NCBI GenBank assembly: GCA_039584685.1
Contig: JBDGXI010000007.1
Coordinates: 6,135 to 70,134 of the forward strand
From: Gemmatimonadota bacterium
Lineage (GTDB): Bacteria; Gemmatimonadota; Gemmatimonadetes; Palauibacterales; Palauibacteraceae
DNA: 64,000 nucleotides
Reading direction: 5' to 3'
Both the position numbers and the translations under genes were made by a program. Of the stretch, positions 1 through 11,281 are shown one piece after another. The notes beneath the pieces were generated by a model that saw only the letters and a list, made by a program, of their open reading frames with translations, ran no database searches and was not told the origin of the DNA. How positions within the stretch are numbered: position 1 is the stretch's first letter; every line of letters starts with the position of its first letter.

Positions 1-2
1 AG

Positions 3-434
3 GTGGACGACGACGTCGAGATCGAGATCGATGAGTCGGATCTGCGGATCGACACGTACCGCGCGTCGGGTGCCGGCGGGCAGCACGTGAACAAGACGGA
101 CTCGGCGGTGCGGATCACCCACGAGCCTACCGGGGTGGTCGTCTCCTGCCAGCAGGAACGAAGCCAGCACAAGAACAAGGCGAAAGCCATGAAGATGCTC
201 CAGGCGGCCCTGTACCAGCGCGCGATGGAGGAAAAGGAGGCCGAGAAGCAGGCACTCGAGGACTCGAAGACGGACATCGCGTGGGGCAACCAGATTCGGT
301 CTTATGTCCTGCAGCCCTATACCATGGTCAAGGATCATCGAACGGATCTGGAGGTCGGAAATGCGGACGGTGTCCTCGACGGCGACATTCAGCGGTTCAT
401 AGAAGCGTTCCTGCGCAGGAAGGGAGGGGCCTGA
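3..434 (+). CDS. prfB: Peptide chain release factor 2, C-terminal part (gene begins upstream of window)
   Basis: GGQ motif ([19 protein letters not shown]) and RF-2 C-terminal domain in translation; stop TGA at 432-434. Confidence 0.85.
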   Translation: MDDDVEIEIDESDLRIDTYRASGAGGQHVNKTDSAVRITHEPTGVVVSCQQERSQHKNKAKAMKMLQAALYQRAMEEKEAEKQALEDSKTDIAWGNQIRSYVLQPYTMVKDHRTDLEVGNADGVLDGDIQRFIEAFLRRKGGA

Positions 435-436
435 TA

Positions 437-1999
437 GTGAGTCCTCACGACTCCTCCGGGCGACGCGACGGTTTGCCGATCCACGAATGGTACGGAGCGC
501 CGGCCAGACCGAAACCCGTGCGGGACAGATACGCCAAGCTCGCCAGGCTACGGGACCTGGGAGTGCCGGCGTATGCCTACTCTTTCGATCCTACGGATGA
601 CCTGGCGTCCGCCCTGGAAAAGCACGAGGACGAGCGGGAAGGAACCCGGGTGCGTGTCGCGGGCCGGGTAGAGTCGTTCCGCGATATGGGCAAGAGCGCC
701 TTCGCCCACCTGGGTGATCGCTCGGGCCGGCTTCAGGTCTACTTCCGTAGGAACGACTTGAACGAGATCGATCAGGAGGTGTGCAAGCTTCTCGATCTTG
801 GAGATTGGATCGGCGTGGAGGGTGAACTGTTCCGCACCCGGACCGGTGAGGTCACGGTGCGGGTCGACAAGCTTGCATTGCTTGCCAAGTCGATGCGTCC
901 CCTTCCGCTCGGGAAGACCGTCGTGGCAGACGACGGCGAATCGATCGTTCACAGCGGATTCGCCGATGTCGAGAGCCGGTATCGTCAACGGTATGCCGAC
1001 CTCGCCGTGAACCCGGAAGTGCGGGCCGTGTTCGTGATTCGGGCGCGGATCATCTCAGCATTGCGTGCACTGCTGGACGCCGATGGATACCTGGAGGTCG
1101 AGACGCCCGTGCTTCAGCCGGTCTACGGAGGCGCGTTCGCTCGACCCTTCACCACTCATCATCACTCACTGGACCGGACCCTGTTCTTGAGGATTGCCGA
1201 TGAGCTGTACTTGAAGAGGCTCATCGTGGGACAGCTGGACCGGGTATACGAGATCTCGAAGAACTTCCGGAACGAGGGCATAGACCGCACTCACAATCCG
1301 GAGTTCACGATGCTCGAGCTCTACCGCGCATATGCCGACTATGGTGTCATGATGGACACGGCCGAACAGCTCGTGACCGAGGCCGCAATTGCGGCGACCG
1401 GAGGACTTCAGATTGAGTATGACGGGCATTCCGTCGATCTCGCTCGCCCGTGGAGGCGGATCGCGTTCTTCGAGGCGATCGAGGATTTCGCCGGTTTCGA
1501 CGCCCGCTCAACTGACACGGAGGAGCTGCGCCGCCGAGTTCGCGAGGCCGGACGTGGAGACGCCGAGGGGGTCGGCCGGACCAAGCTCCTGGACATCATC
1601 TTCTCCGAATGGGTCGAGCCCGAGTTCGTGAACCCGACGATCGTGTGCGACTATCCGATCGAGATGAGCCCGCTCGCAAAACCGAAGCGTGGGGACCCGG
1701 AGTTGGCCGAGCGGTTCGAGGTGATTGTCGCTGGGACGGAACTGGTGAACGCATTCAGTGAGCTGAACGATCCAATCGACCAGTGGGAGCGATTCGCCGA
1801 ACAGAGTGCGGCGCGCGCGGCTGGAGACGAGGAGGCCCAGGAACTAGACGAGGACTACGTGCGGGCCCTGGAGTACGGCCTTCCTCCCACCGGTGGACTC
1901 GGACTGGGGATCGACCGGTTGGTCATGCTGCTCACCGACCGGCCGACCATCCGAGAGGTCATCCTGTATCCGATCATGAGGGACGATGACGCTGAGTGA
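437..1999 (+). CDS. lysS: Lysine--tRNA ligase (class II)
   Basis: GTG at 437 in frame, GGGAGGGG Shine-Dalgarno 7 nt upstream; OB-fold N-terminal domain and class II motifs (FRNEG, GLGIDRLVMLL); conserved prfB-lysS pair. Confidence 0.85.
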   Translation: MSPHDSSGRRDGLPIHEWYGAPARPKPVRDRYAKLARLRDLGVPAYAYSFDPTDDLASALEKHEDEREGTRVRVAGRVESFRDMGKSAFAHLGDRSGRLQVYFRRNDLNEIDQEVCKLLDLGDWIGVEGELFRTRTGEVTVRVDKLALLAKSMRPLPLGKTVVADDGESIVHSGFADVESRYRQRYADLAVNPEVRAVFVIRARIISALRALLDADGYLEVETPVLQPVYGGAFARPFTTHHHSLDRTLFLRIADELYLKRLIVGQLDRVYEISKNFRNEGIDRTHNPEFTMLELYRAYADYGVMMDTAEQLVTEAAIAATGGLQIEYDGHSVDLARPWRRIAFFEAIEDFAGFDARSTDTEELRRRVREAGRGDAEGVGRTKLLDIIFSEWVEPEFVNPTIVCDYPIEMSPLAKPKRGDPELAERFEVIVAGTELVNAFSELNDPIDQWERFAEQSAARAAGDEEAQELDEDYVRALEYGLPPTGGLGLGIDRLVMLLTDRPTIREVILYPIMRDDDAE

Positions 2000-3269
2000 G
2001 GAAGCGGCGAGAAGCCAGCGCACGGACCGTGCTCTGCACTGGTTCATAGCGCGCAGGTATCTATCGAGCCGGCGGGGCAGGGGATTCCTCTCGCTCATTA
2101 CGCTGATCGCCATCGGTGGTGTATCGGTGGGAGTCATGGCCTTGATCGTGGTGATCGGGGTGATGTCGGGACTACAGACAGACCTGCGTGAGAAGATCCT
2201 TGGGGCCAACTCGCACGGCATGGTCCTCGAAATCGGGGAAGCCGTACGCATGGAGAGCTGGGAGTCGGTGCTGCGGCGGGTGACGGAGGATCAGGACGTG
2301 ACCGGTGCCGCTCCGTTCATCTATACCGAGGTGGGGTTGAACGTGCCCGGCGGAAGCTACTCGGAGGGGGCGGTGCTCCGCGGCCTCGCCGGAGATTCCG
2401 TGTCCCTCTCCGTGACCGAAGTGGACGAGCATCTGACCTCCGGGACCATGCCGTTCGGGGAGACGGAGTCGGGTCGCCCCGGTATCGTTCTCGGCGCCAC
2501 CCTGGCCAATCGGCTGAACCTGTATCCCGGGAAGACGGTGACCGTCGTTTCATTCCAGGGCGCCGAACTCACTCCGACGGGCATCCAGCCTCAACTTCGC
2601 CTGTACGAGGTGACGGGGATCTTCGAGACCGGGCTATACCAGTACGATACGAAGTTTGCCTACGTGGAGCTGGAGTCGGCACAGACCCTCCTGCGCATGG
2701 GGCGAGCGGTCACCGGAGTCGAGTTCAACGTCAGGGACCCGTGGAACAGCGGGGAGGTGGCCGCGCGGATCAGGGACTCCCTCGGTTTTCCGTACTCCGT
2801 GGACGACTGGCAAAGGCAGAACGCGAGTCTCTTCTCGGCTCTCAAGCTCGAGAAGTTCGCCATGGGGATCATCCTCCTGTTGATCGTCCTCGTGGCCTCT
2901 TTCAACATTGTCTCGACGTTGATCATGGTCGTCACGGACAAGGTCCGGGAGATCGGGATCATGCGAGCCATGGGACTGACGGCCTCTGATGTCACTCGCG
3001 TCTTCGTACTCCAGGGCGTCGTGATAGGACTCGTGGGGACCACGGTCGGCACGGGACTCGGGCTCACCCTGTCCTGGCTGCTGGACCGATATCAGTTCAT
3101 CACGTTGCCCGGCGACGTCTACTTCATCGATCACCTTCCTGTCGACACGAACTTGATCGATGTCGGGTTGATCGTGCTTGCATCTCTGTCGATCGCGTTC
3201 ATTGCCACGATCTATCCGGCACGGCGGGCTGCGGACTACACGCCGGTGGAGGCGATCCGTCATGAGTGA
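1986..3269 (+). CDS. LolC/LolE-family lipoprotein-releasing ABC permease (FtsX-like)
   Basis: N-terminal TM helix, large periplasmic domain, C-terminal FtsX-type 3 TM; overlaps lysS stop. Confidence 0.75.
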   Translation: MTLSEEAARSQRTDRALHWFIARRYLSSRRGRGFLSLITLIAIGGVSVGVMALIVVIGVMSGLQTDLREKILGANSHGMVLEIGEAVRMESWESVLRRVTEDQDVTGAAPFIYTEVGLNVPGGSYSEGAVLRGLAGDSVSLSVTEVDEHLTSGTMPFGETESGRPGIVLGATLANRLNLYPGKTVTVVSFQGAELTPTGIQPQLRLYEVTGIFETGLYQYDTKFAYVELESAQTLLRMGRAVTGVEFNVRDPWNSGEVAARIRDSLGFPYSVDDWQRQNASLFSALKLEKFAMGIILLLIVLVASFNIVSTLIMVVTDKVREIGIMRAMGLTASDVTRVFVLQGVVIGLVGTTVGTGLGLTLSWLLDRYQFITLPGDVYFIDHLPVDTNLIDVGLIVLASLSIAFIATIYPARRAADYTPVEAIRHE

Positions 3270-3996
3270 AGCCGCGATCGGCACCAGCGCTGCTCCCCTC
3301 GCCGTGCAGGCGTTCGAGGTCAGACGGGACTTCGATGGGGCTGACGGCAGTGTGATCCGGGTCCTCAGGGGGCTGGACCTGACGCTCGAGCGCGGAGAGA
3401 CCATCGCCGTCGTCGGCCCCAGCGGCTCCGGGAAGTCGACCTTGCTGCACATCCTCGGAGGTCTCGATCTGCCCACGGCGGGTCGTATCGCGCTGGGGGG
3501 AAGGGACCTGGCCAACCTCGACGACCTGCAGCTCGCGAGGGTAAGGAATCGCTACGTGGGTTTCGTGTTCCAGTTTCACCATCTTCTGCGGGATTTCACG
3601 GCGCTCGAGAACGTGATGATGCCGCAGTTGATAGCCGGGACGTCCAGATCGGCCGCTCGAAGGCGAGCCATGGAACTCCTCGACCAGGTTGGGCTCGCCG
3701 GCCGGTCGGGGCACGTCCCGTCGAAGCTCTCCGGAGGGGAGCAACAGCGTGTCGCGACAGCACGTGCGCTGGCCAACGAGCCGCCGGTCCTGCTTGCCGA
3801 TGAGCCATCTGGCAATCTCGACCTCGAGACCAGCGAGTTGCTTCACGACGTTTTGTTCAACCTCGTGCGCGATCACGGTACCGCCATGGTGGTCGTGACC
3901 CACAACACGAGCCTCGCCGGGCGCACGGATCGGATCTTGCGGCTCTCGTCGGGCGTTCTTGAACTGGACGAGGTCGATACGGACCTCCGAGACTGA
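3262..3996 (+). CDS. lolD: Lipoprotein-releasing ABC transporter ATP-binding protein
   Basis: ATG 3262 overlapping permease stop (ATGA); Walker [10 protein letters not shown], signature [15 protein letters not shown], Walker [12 protein letters not shown]. Confidence 0.8.
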   Translation: MSEAAIGTSAAPLAVQAFEVRRDFDGADGSVIRVLRGLDLTLERGETIAVVGPSGSGKSTLLHILGGLDLPTAGRIALGGRDLANLDDLQLARVRNRYVGFVFQFHHLLRDFTALENVMMPQLIAGTSRSAARRRAMELLDQVGLAGRSGHVPSKLSGGEQQRVATARALANEPPVLLADEPSGNLDLETSELLHDVLFNLVRDHGTAMVVVTHNTSLAGRTDRILRLSSGVLELDEVDTDLRD

Positions 3997-4006
3997 GGAC
4001 GGAGAG

Positions 4007-4528
4007 TTGAAATTGCTCTGCGATGACTGCGGCGAGAACAACGCACAGGTGCACCTGACGTCCATCGAGGCCGACGACATGCGCACCCTGAACCTGTGCG
4101 TCAGCTGCGCGGCGGCCCGCGGCCTTTCCTCCGAGGAAGCCGAGGAGACGGGTGCCGGCGGCAAACCTCCGCTCGTGGATTTCCTGGCCCAGATCGGATC
4201 CGGCGGACCGCAGGCACCGGTTCCCGCCGCCGCAGAGCCGTGCCCGTTCTGCGGTATCTCGGCGTCCGACTTCCGCAACGCCGGGAGGGTCGGCTGTTCG
4301 CAGTGCTACGTTCACTATGAAACGCAGTTGCGCAGCCTCCTGCGCCGAATTCACGGGTCCTCACAGCACGCCGGCAAGCTGTATCTGAGCGAGGCCTCGG
4401 ACATCAGCGACCGTCTCGGCCAGATCTCGTCGATGCGACGCCGGTTGAAGCGGGCGATCGAGACCGAGGACTTCGAGACGGCCGCCGATCTTCGAGACCG
4501 AATCCACGAACTGGAGTTGCAGGAATGA
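4007..4528 (+). CDS. mcsA: McsA-like activator of protein arginine kinase (zinc-finger plus UVR motif)
   Basis: TTG 4007 preceded by GGACGGAGAG; four CxxC pairs (CDDCGE, CVSC, CPFCG, CSQC) and C-terminal UVR motif; close match to B. subtilis McsA segment CPxCG...GRxGCSxCY...HAGK. Confidence 0.75.
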   Translation: MKLLCDDCGENNAQVHLTSIEADDMRTLNLCVSCAAARGLSSEEAEETGAGGKPPLVDFLAQIGSGGPQAPVPAAAEPCPFCGISASDFRNAGRVGCSQCYVHYETQLRSLLRRIHGSSQHAGKLYLSEASDISDRLGQISSMRRRLKRAIETEDFETAADLRDRIHELELQE

Positions 4529-5664
4529 TCAGTTCGACCGAGCCGGTGGCCGAGCGGGGTCTCGATTGGATTCGGTGTGGAGATGAGGCCGAGATCGTGC
4601 TCTCCTCTCGCGTCCGTGTGGCCCGCAATCTACAGGGCATTCCGTTTCCGGGGCGTGCTGGAGCGGAGGAGCGAGCCGAAGTCGTGGAGAGAGTGCGGGC
4701 TGCGGCCGATCGGACGGATCTTCTGGATGGTGCGTGTATCTGGGAGGTCGATTCCCTCGATTCGGTGGATCGGGAGATCCTCGTCGAGCGGCACCTGATA
4801 AGCCGGGACCTGTTGATCGACCGTCGCGGTCCATCGAGCGCCGCGCTGGTGTTGGCAGATGGAAGCTCCTGCGGGGTCATGGTCAACGAGGAGGACCACC
4901 TCCGCTTGCAGGCCCTGGTAGGTGGCCTGGAACTCGACTCGGCCTGGCGCCAGGTGGACCGCCTGGATGAGGAAATCGGCGGTGTGCTCCCGATGGCCTA
5001 TCATCACGAGTTCGGCTTCCTCACGGCCTGCCCGACCAACGTCGGGACCGGCCTGCGGGCCTCGGTGCTCATCCACATTCCGGGTCTCGTCCTCACCAAG
5101 GAGATCACCAAAGTCCTCGAGGGCATCTCGCAGGTAGGCCTGACGTACCGCGGGCTGTATGGCGAAGGCTCCGAGGTTGTCGGCAATTTCTTCCAGATCT
5201 CCAACCAGACCACGCTCGGCAAGACCGAGGAAGATCTCATCGATCACCTGGATAGGGTGACCCGGAAGGTCATCGAGTACGAGCGCAGCGCGAGGGCCAT
5301 GCTCCTCACCGAGGCTCCCGCGGTGCTCGAGGACAAGGTGTGGCGTGCGTATGGCATCCTTCGCACCGCCCGCAGCATTGGCCTGGAAGAAATGATGAAC
5401 CTCCTGTCAGGCGTCCGGCTGGGGGTGTCTCTGAAACTATTGAAATCACCACGGGTAGAGACGCTCAACGAAATCCTGGTGCGTGGCCAGGTCGCACATC
5501 TCGAGCGCGCCGCGGGCGGACGGTTGGGCGAGCACGAGGCGGATGTCTGTCGCGCGACGTTCGTACGGGATAAGCTTGCCACAGACGAGCGGGATGCTGA
5601 GCAGGCACCCGCAGATGGATCCAGCGATACGACGGCGGCCGATGGGTCGTCCTCGGGGGGTTGA
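4525..5664 (+). CDS. mcsB: Protein arginine kinase McsB (ATP:guanido phosphotransferase family)
   Basis: ATGA overlap with mcsA; phosphagen-kinase-like catalytic motifs ([22 protein letters not shown]); low-complexity D/S/G-rich C-terminal tail. Confidence 0.8.
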   Translation: MISSTEPVAERGLDWIRCGDEAEIVLSSRVRVARNLQGIPFPGRAGAEERAEVVERVRAAADRTDLLDGACIWEVDSLDSVDREILVERHLISRDLLIDRRGPSSAALVLADGSSCGVMVNEEDHLRLQALVGGLELDSAWRQVDRLDEEIGGVLPMAYHHEFGFLTACPTNVGTGLRASVLIHIPGLVLTKEITKVLEGISQVGLTYRGLYGEGSEVVGNFFQISNQTTLGKTEEDLIDHLDRVTRKVIEYERSARAMLLTEAPAVLEDKVWRAYGILRTARSIGLEEMMNLLSGVRLGVSLKLLKSPRVETLNEILVRGQVAHLERAAGGRLGEHEADVCRATFVRDKLATDERDAEQAPADGSSDTTAADGSSSGG

Positions 5665-8135
5665 TGAACTACAACTTCACCGACCGTGTGAGAAAGGTGC
5701 TGGCCATGGCGCGCGAGGAAGCCGTGCGCCTGCAGCACGACTATGTAGGGACGGAGCACATTCTGCTCGGCCTGATCCGCGAGGGCGATGGGGTGGCTGC
5801 AGAGGTGTTGCGCAGTCTCGCGGCTGACCTGGACGAGCTGCTCAGGCTCGTCGAGGAGAACGTCCGTCCCGGAAAGGCCTCCGCGTCGATCGGGGAGCTC
5901 CCGTACACGACTCGGGCCAAGAAGGTGCTCGAGTACGCCATGGCCGAGGCTCGGGAACTGAATCACAGCTACGTCGGAACCGAGCACCTTCTGCTCGGCC
6001 TCCTTCGAGAAGAAAAGGGACTCGCTGCGAAGGTCCTCGGGGAGCTTGGAATCGGACTCGAGGAAGCGCGGGCCGAGATGCTCAAGCTTCTCGGAAGCGA
6101 GGGGGGTGAAGTGGAGCCGGGCAGCGTTCCGGCGCCTGCGACTCCGCGTGGGGAGTCGAAGTCCAAGACACCTGCGCTGGATCACTTCTGCCGGGATCTC
6201 ACGGAACTGGCTCACGACGGGTCGCTGGATCCGACGATCGGCCGGCAGGAGGAGATCGAGCGGGTCATGGAAGTCCTGTCCCGCCGCAAGAAGAACAACC
6301 CGGTCCTCATCGGAGAGCCGGGGGTGGGCAAGACTGCGATCGTCGAGGGCCTGGCCCAGAAGATCGATCGTGGTGACGTACCCGACAGCCTCAAGGAGCA
6401 TCGCGTTCTCGCTCTCGACATGGCGGCGGTCATCGCGGGCACTAAGTATCGCGGCCAATTCGAGGAGCGGCTCAAGGCCATCGTGAATGAGATCTCCCAG
6501 AACGAAGGGATCATCCTGTTCATCGACGAGCTGCACACGTTGGTCGGAGCTGGCGCCGCAGAGGGGGCCATCGACGCCTCGAACATGCTCAAGCCGGCCC
6601 TGGCACGGGGCGAGCTGCAGTGCGTGGGGGCGTCTACTCTGAACGAATACCGGAAACACATCGAGAAGGACGGCGCTCTGGAGCGACGGTTTCAGACGGT
6701 CATCGTGGAAGCGCCCACGGTCGAAGAGACCCTGGAGATCCTCAAGGGTCTGCGGAAGCACTACGAGGACCACCACAACGTCTCTGTGCCCGACACGTCC
6801 CTCGAGGCGGCGGCAAAGCTCTCCGACCGTTACATCACCGACCGGTTTCTCCCCGACAAGGCGATCGACGTGATCGACGAGGCAGGGGCGCGCTCTAGGC
6901 TGGGGGCTCAGGTCCCGCCACCCGAAGTTCAGAAGCTGCAGGCCGAGATGGATGAGCTCTCGGGACGCAAGGATGAGGCGATCCGGGACCAGGACTTCGA
7001 ACGAGCCGCAATGCTGCGCGATCGAGAGAAGGAGCTCCAGTCGGAAATCCGGCGCACCAAGGACGAGTGGCAGAAGCAGCAGCGGGAGGTGCGCCCGGTC
7101 GTATCTGAGGAAGAGATCGCTTTCATCGTATCTCGCTGGACGGGGATCCCGGTTAGCCGGCTCCGCGAGGAGGAGACGCAGCGGCTCCTGAGGATGGAAG
7201 AGGAGCTGCACGACAGCGTCGTTGGCCAGCACGAGGCGATCCAAGCGATCAGCAGGGCCATCCGGCGGACGCGTGCCGGTCTGAAGGATCCTGACCGCCC
7301 GATCGGCTCGTTCGTGTTCTGCGGCCCCACTGGCGTGGGCAAGACGGAGCTTGCGCGTCAGCTCGCACGCTTCCTGTTCGCCGATGATCAGGCCCTGATC
7401 CGGGTGGACATGTCCGAGTACATGGAGAAATTCTCGGTGAGTCGCCTGATCGGAGCTCCGCCGGGATACGTGGGCTACGAGGATAGCGGTGCGCTCACGA
7501 AGGCCGTGCGCAGGCGGCCCTACTCCGTGGTGCTGCTCGACGAGATCGAGAAGGCACACCCCGATGTGTTCAACATCCTGTTGCAGGTCTTCGATGAAGG
7601 ACGCCTTACGGACAACTACGGCCGAGTGATCGACTTCAAGAATACGGTTCTCATCATGACGTCGAACGTCGGGGCCAGGGAGATCGCCGCGACGTCGAAC
7701 CTCGGGTTCGAGACGGGTGAATCGGAGGTTCAGTACGACCGTATGGCGGAAAAGGTCAGGGATGAAGTGGACAGGACCTTCACCCCGGAGTTTCTCAACC
7801 GGCTGGACGAAGTGATCGTCTTCCACCCGCTCACGAAGGACCAGATCGGTCAGATCGTTCACATCATGTTGAGGGACGTCCAACGGCGCCTCGAGGACGA
7901 GGAGCTGACCTTGAACCTGTCGGACGCGGCCATAGGCTTTCTCGTAGACCGCGGATATGACGCCAAGTTCGGTGCGCGGCCTTTGAAGAGGACGATTCAG
8001 AGGCACATCGAGGACGCGCTTTCAGAGAAAATCTTGATGGCCGAGTTCGCGCCGGGAGACGAGATCGTCGTGGAGGTGGCGAAGGACTCCGAATCCCTGG
8101 TCTTCCGGGCGGCATCGCATACATCAGCCACGTGA
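5664..8135 (+). CDS. clpC: ATP-dependent Clp protease ATP-binding subunit ClpC (two Clp_N repeats, UVR, two AAA+ modules)
   Basis: Duplicated Clp_N repeat ([10 protein letters not shown] twice), two Walker A motifs ([16 protein letters not shown]), UVR coiled coil between AAA modules. Confidence 0.85.
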   Translation: MNYNFTDRVRKVLAMAREEAVRLQHDYVGTEHILLGLIREGDGVAAEVLRSLAADLDELLRLVEENVRPGKASASIGELPYTTRAKKVLEYAMAEARELNHSYVGTEHLLLGLLREEKGLAAKVLGELGIGLEEARAEMLKLLGSEGGEVEPGSVPAPATPRGESKSKTPALDHFCRDLTELAHDGSLDPTIGRQEEIERVMEVLSRRKKNNPVLIGEPGVGKTAIVEGLAQKIDRGDVPDSLKEHRVLALDMAAVIAGTKYRGQFEERLKAIVNEISQNEGIILFIDELHTLVGAGAAEGAIDASNMLKPALARGELQCVGASTLNEYRKHIEKDGALERRFQTVIVEAPTVEETLEILKGLRKHYEDHHNVSVPDTSLEAAAKLSDRYITDRFLPDKAIDVIDEAGARSRLGAQVPPPEVQKLQAEMDELSGRKDEAIRDQDFERAAMLRDREKELQSEIRRTKDEWQKQQREVRPVVSEEEIAFIVSRWTGIPVSRLREEETQRLLRMEEELHDSVVGQHEAIQAISRAIRRTRAGLKDPDRPIGSFVFCGPTGVGKTELARQLARFLFADDQALIRVDMSEYMEKFSVSRLIGAPPGYVGYEDSGALTKAVRRRPYSVVLLDEIEKAHPDVFNILLQVFDEGRLTDNYGRVIDFKNTVLIMTSNVGAREIAATSNLGFETGESEVQYDRMAEKVRDEVDRTFTPEFLNRLDEVIVFHPLTKDQIGQIVHIMLRDVQRRLEDEELTLNLSDAAIGFLVDRGYDAKFGARPLKRTIQRHIEDALSEKILMAEFAPGDEIVVEVAKDSESLVFRAASHTSAT

Positions 8136-10552
8136 AACATAGCCGAATCGCAGTCGGGCTAGTGGCCCTCGCCGCAATTTCGACGGCGAGGGTCGCTCCG
8201 TTGTTGGGGCAGGAAGAGCCCCTTAACGTCACCGTCGACAGCATCGTGGTGTCGGGAAACTCCCGCTATTCGGCGGAGGGGATTCAGCGCCTCGCGCAGA
8301 TCCGCGTGGGGGAGGTCGTGAACGGCCCCGGCATCCAGGAGTCCATCCAACGCCTGTTTTCCACCGGCGAGTTCTCGGATGTGCAGGTCCAGGTCACCCC
8401 GTACACTCCGGCAATCTTCTATATCAACGTGGTCGAGCGGCCGATCGTCGGCACGTATCGGTTCGAAGGGCTCGAACACGCCAGTGACGGTACGGTGGTA
8501 GACACGGTGGGACTCGTTGGCGGAGGGGCGCTCGATCCCGCCAAGGTGGTTCGGGCCCGGGCGATGATCCTCAAGATGTTGGGCCAGGAGGGGTTTCCAC
8601 AGGCCACGGTGGACACAGCCCTCGCTCCCGATCCGAGTGGGCTGGACCAGTACGAGCTGACGTTCCGGGTTGACGAGGGCCCTCGCCTTGCCCTGGCCAG
8701 GGTCGAGATCGTCGGGAACGAGGCGCTTACGGACTCCGAGATTCGCGGCTCGATGACCACGAGCGAGGAGGGCTTTCTCTGGTTCAAGCCGGGAGAACTG
8801 CACCGCGAGGAGTATCGGACGGACCTCACAGAGCGAATCCCCGCGCTCTACGGCGAGCACGGCTACATAGATCTCGAGGTCCTCGGCGACACGATCGTGG
8901 TGGACGACGCCACGGGTAAGGGACGGGTCGAGATCCGGGTTCGCGAGGGATCTCAGTACCTGGTGCGGTCGTTCGAGATCGAAGGCAACCGGCGGTTCCC
9001 GGCTTCGCAATTGGGAGAGTACTACCCGCCCGTGCGGGATGGAGAGCTGTCCCCGGAGCGGCTGGAGGCGGGAGACCTTCCGCCTTTCGATGAGACGGCG
9101 TTCGGGCAGGCCACGATGGACATCGCCGATTTGTACCGAGACGCAGGCTACCTGCAGGTTCAGGTCCGGCCCGAGGTGATCAGGAACCTGCCCGAGACTC
9201 CCGGCGCCAACCCGACCGTCGATGTGGTCCTGCAAATCGTAGAGATGAATCCGGCTTACATCCGCACCGTCTCGATTGTCGGCAACGACTACACGCACGA
9301 CCGGGTCATACGCAAGATCCTCCTCACTCTCCCGGGCGACATCTACTCCCAGCAGCGCTTGATCCAGAGCGTTCGCAACATCCAGTCGCTCGGCTTCTTC
9401 GAGACGCTGCCACCCGACGAGGCCATCCAGATCAACCCGCGGGATGATGGGGACATCGATATCGTCTATCGTGTCCAGGAGAAGCAGACGGGCAACGTCA
9501 ACTTCGGAATGTCCGCCGCCGCTGCCACGGGCCTCGCCGGGTTCATAGGCTATGACCAGCCCAACCTGTTCGGCCAGGCCAAGATCGGGCATTTTCGCTG
9601 GTTGTTTGGTGCGCGCACTCAGGACATCGAGCTCAGCTACACGGATCCGGAGATATTCGGGACCACCAACAGTGCCACGATAGGTGTACAGAGCTCGCGC
9701 GATCGCTTTCAGACATTCGATCTCGGCACCCGGCGCAAGACCGGTGGATTCCTGGAGTTCGGCATTCCCGTGGCTCGACGGCAGGTCCGCTCCGTACGGC
9801 TGTACGTGGGCTATTCACTGTTTGCTGAGGATGTGAGCGATCTCGACGCGTTCGGGCTCGGACCGGAGTCCTCGGGGTTGATCACCAACGGGACGCGCAG
9901 CACCGTATCCTTGCGACTGGTGCGGGATACCCGCGAGGGCGGACTCTTCCCGACGGGAGGGAACCGGAATCAGGTCTCTTACCGGAAGACGGGAGGTTGG
10001 CTGGGCGGAGACGGTGACTACAACAAGTGGGATCTCGACAGCGACTGGTTTTCACGAATCGCTTCGATTGGCGGAGGACCGGGAAAGGTCCCGATCGAGC
10101 TCGTTGCGGGCCTGAACTTCAAGGCAGGGCTGGTATTCGGACAGAACCCGTTCTATGTGGAGCGCTATTTCGTCGGTGGCACTCAGGTAGGACAGCGCGT
10201 CCGCGGGTACGAGGAGGCGACGATTACGCCTCAGGGGCACGTGCCGAGGAACGCCCCGGTGAACAGTCTGGCCCGCGTCGGCGAGGCGTACTTCACGACC
10301 TCGGCCACGCTCGGACTCAAGCTGACGGACAATATCTTCGCCAGCGCGTTCGTGGACGCGGGAAACCTGTGGTCCACGTCCTCGGAGTTCAATCCGACGG
10401 ATCTCCTGGTCGGCGCCGGAGTAGGGTTGAGCCTGGTGACACCGTTTGGCCCCGTCGGGCTTGACTACGCCTACGGGTTCGATCGGCGAGACGTGGTGGG
10501 ACGGCCGAACCCGGGCTGGCAGCTCCATTTCAGGTTCGGGCAGTTGTTCTGA
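8132..10552 (+). CDS. bamA: Outer membrane protein assembly factor BamA (Omp85; POTRA repeats plus C-terminal barrel)
   Basis: Signal peptide, five POTRA-like repeats, C-terminal beta-barrel ending in aromatic residue (QLF); GTG 8132 overlaps clpC stop. Confidence 0.85.
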   Translation: MKHSRIAVGLVALAAISTARVAPLLGQEEPLNVTVDSIVVSGNSRYSAEGIQRLAQIRVGEVVNGPGIQESIQRLFSTGEFSDVQVQVTPYTPAIFYINVVERPIVGTYRFEGLEHASDGTVVDTVGLVGGGALDPAKVVRARAMILKMLGQEGFPQATVDTALAPDPSGLDQYELTFRVDEGPRLALARVEIVGNEALTDSEIRGSMTTSEEGFLWFKPGELHREEYRTDLTERIPALYGEHGYIDLEVLGDTIVVDDATGKGRVEIRVREGSQYLVRSFEIEGNRRFPASQLGEYYPPVRDGELSPERLEAGDLPPFDETAFGQATMDIADLYRDAGYLQVQVRPEVIRNLPETPGANPTVDVVLQIVEMNPAYIRTVSIVGNDYTHDRVIRKILLTLPGDIYSQQRLIQSVRNIQSLGFFETLPPDEAIQINPRDDGDIDIVYRVQEKQTGNVNFGMSAAAATGLAGFIGYDQPNLFGQAKIGHFRWLFGARTQDIELSYTDPEIFGTTNSATIGVQSSRDRFQTFDLGTRRKTGGFLEFGIPVARRQVRSVRLYVGYSLFAEDVSDLDAFGLGPESSGLITNGTRSTVSLRLVRDTREGGLFPTGGNRNQVSYRKTGGWLGGDGDYNKWDLDSDWFSRIASIGGGPGKVPIELVAGLNFKAGLVFGQNPFYVERYFVGGTQVGQRVRGYEEATITPQGHVPRNAPVNSLARVGEAYFTTSATLGLKLTDNIFASAFVDAGNLWSTSSEFNPTDLLVGAGVGLSLVTPFGPVGLDYAYGFDRRDVVGRPNPGWQLHFRFGQLF

Positions 10553-10605
10553 CGCACAACATGATCGACGAAGACAATCAAGCTAATCGGAAGGAGACGG
10601 ACGAT

Positions 10606-11178
10606 ATGGCTCAGACACGTTGGTTTGCCCTCGGGGCGATTGCGCTGGCGCTGGTAGCCCATGATGCTGTGGCTCAGGGAACGCCAGCTGCGGGGACGCC
10701 CGTCGTCTACGTGCGCGGGCAGATGATCCTGCAGGCTGCGCCCGGCGCCGCGGAAGCGGCGCGCACCTTCGAGCGCGAGTTGGCGGACATGCGCACGCAA
10801 CTCCAGGAGCAAGCCGCGGTGGTCGACTCGATGCTGCAGGATTATCAGCGTCAGGAAGTACTCCTGAGCCCGCAGGCGAAAGACCAGAAGCAGCAGGAGA
10901 TCGTCAACCTCCGGAACCAGCTGCAGCAGCGGCAGGGAGAGATGGACACGCAGGCGCAGCAGCGGCAACAGGAGCTCCTGGGGCCCATCCTCGAGGAAGT
11001 GAGCAGCGTCATCGAGTCCGTGCGCTCAGAGAACCGTTACTCGATCGTACTCGACGCTTCCAAGGAAGGTCTGGTGGCCGCGGACACCACACTGGACATT
11101 ACGGATACGATTCTCTCGAGACTCGGTGTGACGGCGCCTCCTCCCGAGCCGGCAGGCGGAGCAGACCCGCAACAGTAG
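10606..11178 (+). CDS. skp: Periplasmic chaperone Skp/OmpH
   Basis: ATG 10606 with GGAAGGAG SD; signal peptide, Q/E-rich coiled-coil arms; canonical position between bamA and lpxD. Confidence 0.75.
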   Translation: MAQTRWFALGAIALALVAHDAVAQGTPAAGTPVVYVRGQMILQAAPGAAEAARTFERELADMRTQLQEQAAVVDSMLQDYQRQEVLLSPQAKDQKQQEIVNLRNQLQQRQGEMDTQAQQRQQELLGPILEEVSSVIESVRSENRYSIVLDASKEGLVAADTTLDITDTILSRLGVTAPPPEPAGGADPQQ

Positions 11179-11281
11179 GCTGTTGACGGGAGGAGCTGGG
11201 AGAGCAGGCCAACCCGGCGACTCCTTCCACGGGCCTTTGGCGGCCGTCCCCCCGGTGGGGCGGCCGGCCTGGGAATGGCAA

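Noticed and set aside
281-436. N-terminal 52 codons of the ORF-track lysS frame (starts at 281) overlapping prfB
   Set aside because: That stretch overlaps the end of prfB in another frame; the in-frame GTG at 437 with a strong SD immediately after the prfB stop is the credible start. Similar upstream extensions were trimmed for lolD, skp, lpxD, the 20424 methyltransferase, bshC, gpsA, pcm, lptB, kdsD, the GT4, the GT-C and xerC/D.
5244-8006. 920-aa ORF on the minus strand antisense to mcsB and clpC
   Set aside because: Typical high-GC antisense open frame: no start context and a low-complexity R/P/A/G-rich translation, and it is fully covered by two well-supported plus-strand genes.
8159-9592. 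477-aa antisense ORF inside bamA; similar long antisense or alternate-frame ORFs at 12208-13332, 15685-16641, 31400-32419, 32625-33698, 55322-56401 and 60535-61359
   Set aside because: All overlap strongly supported genes on the other strand or frame and translate to Arg/Pro/Gly-rich low-complexity sequence; this is the GC3-skew artefact of a 66% GC genome.
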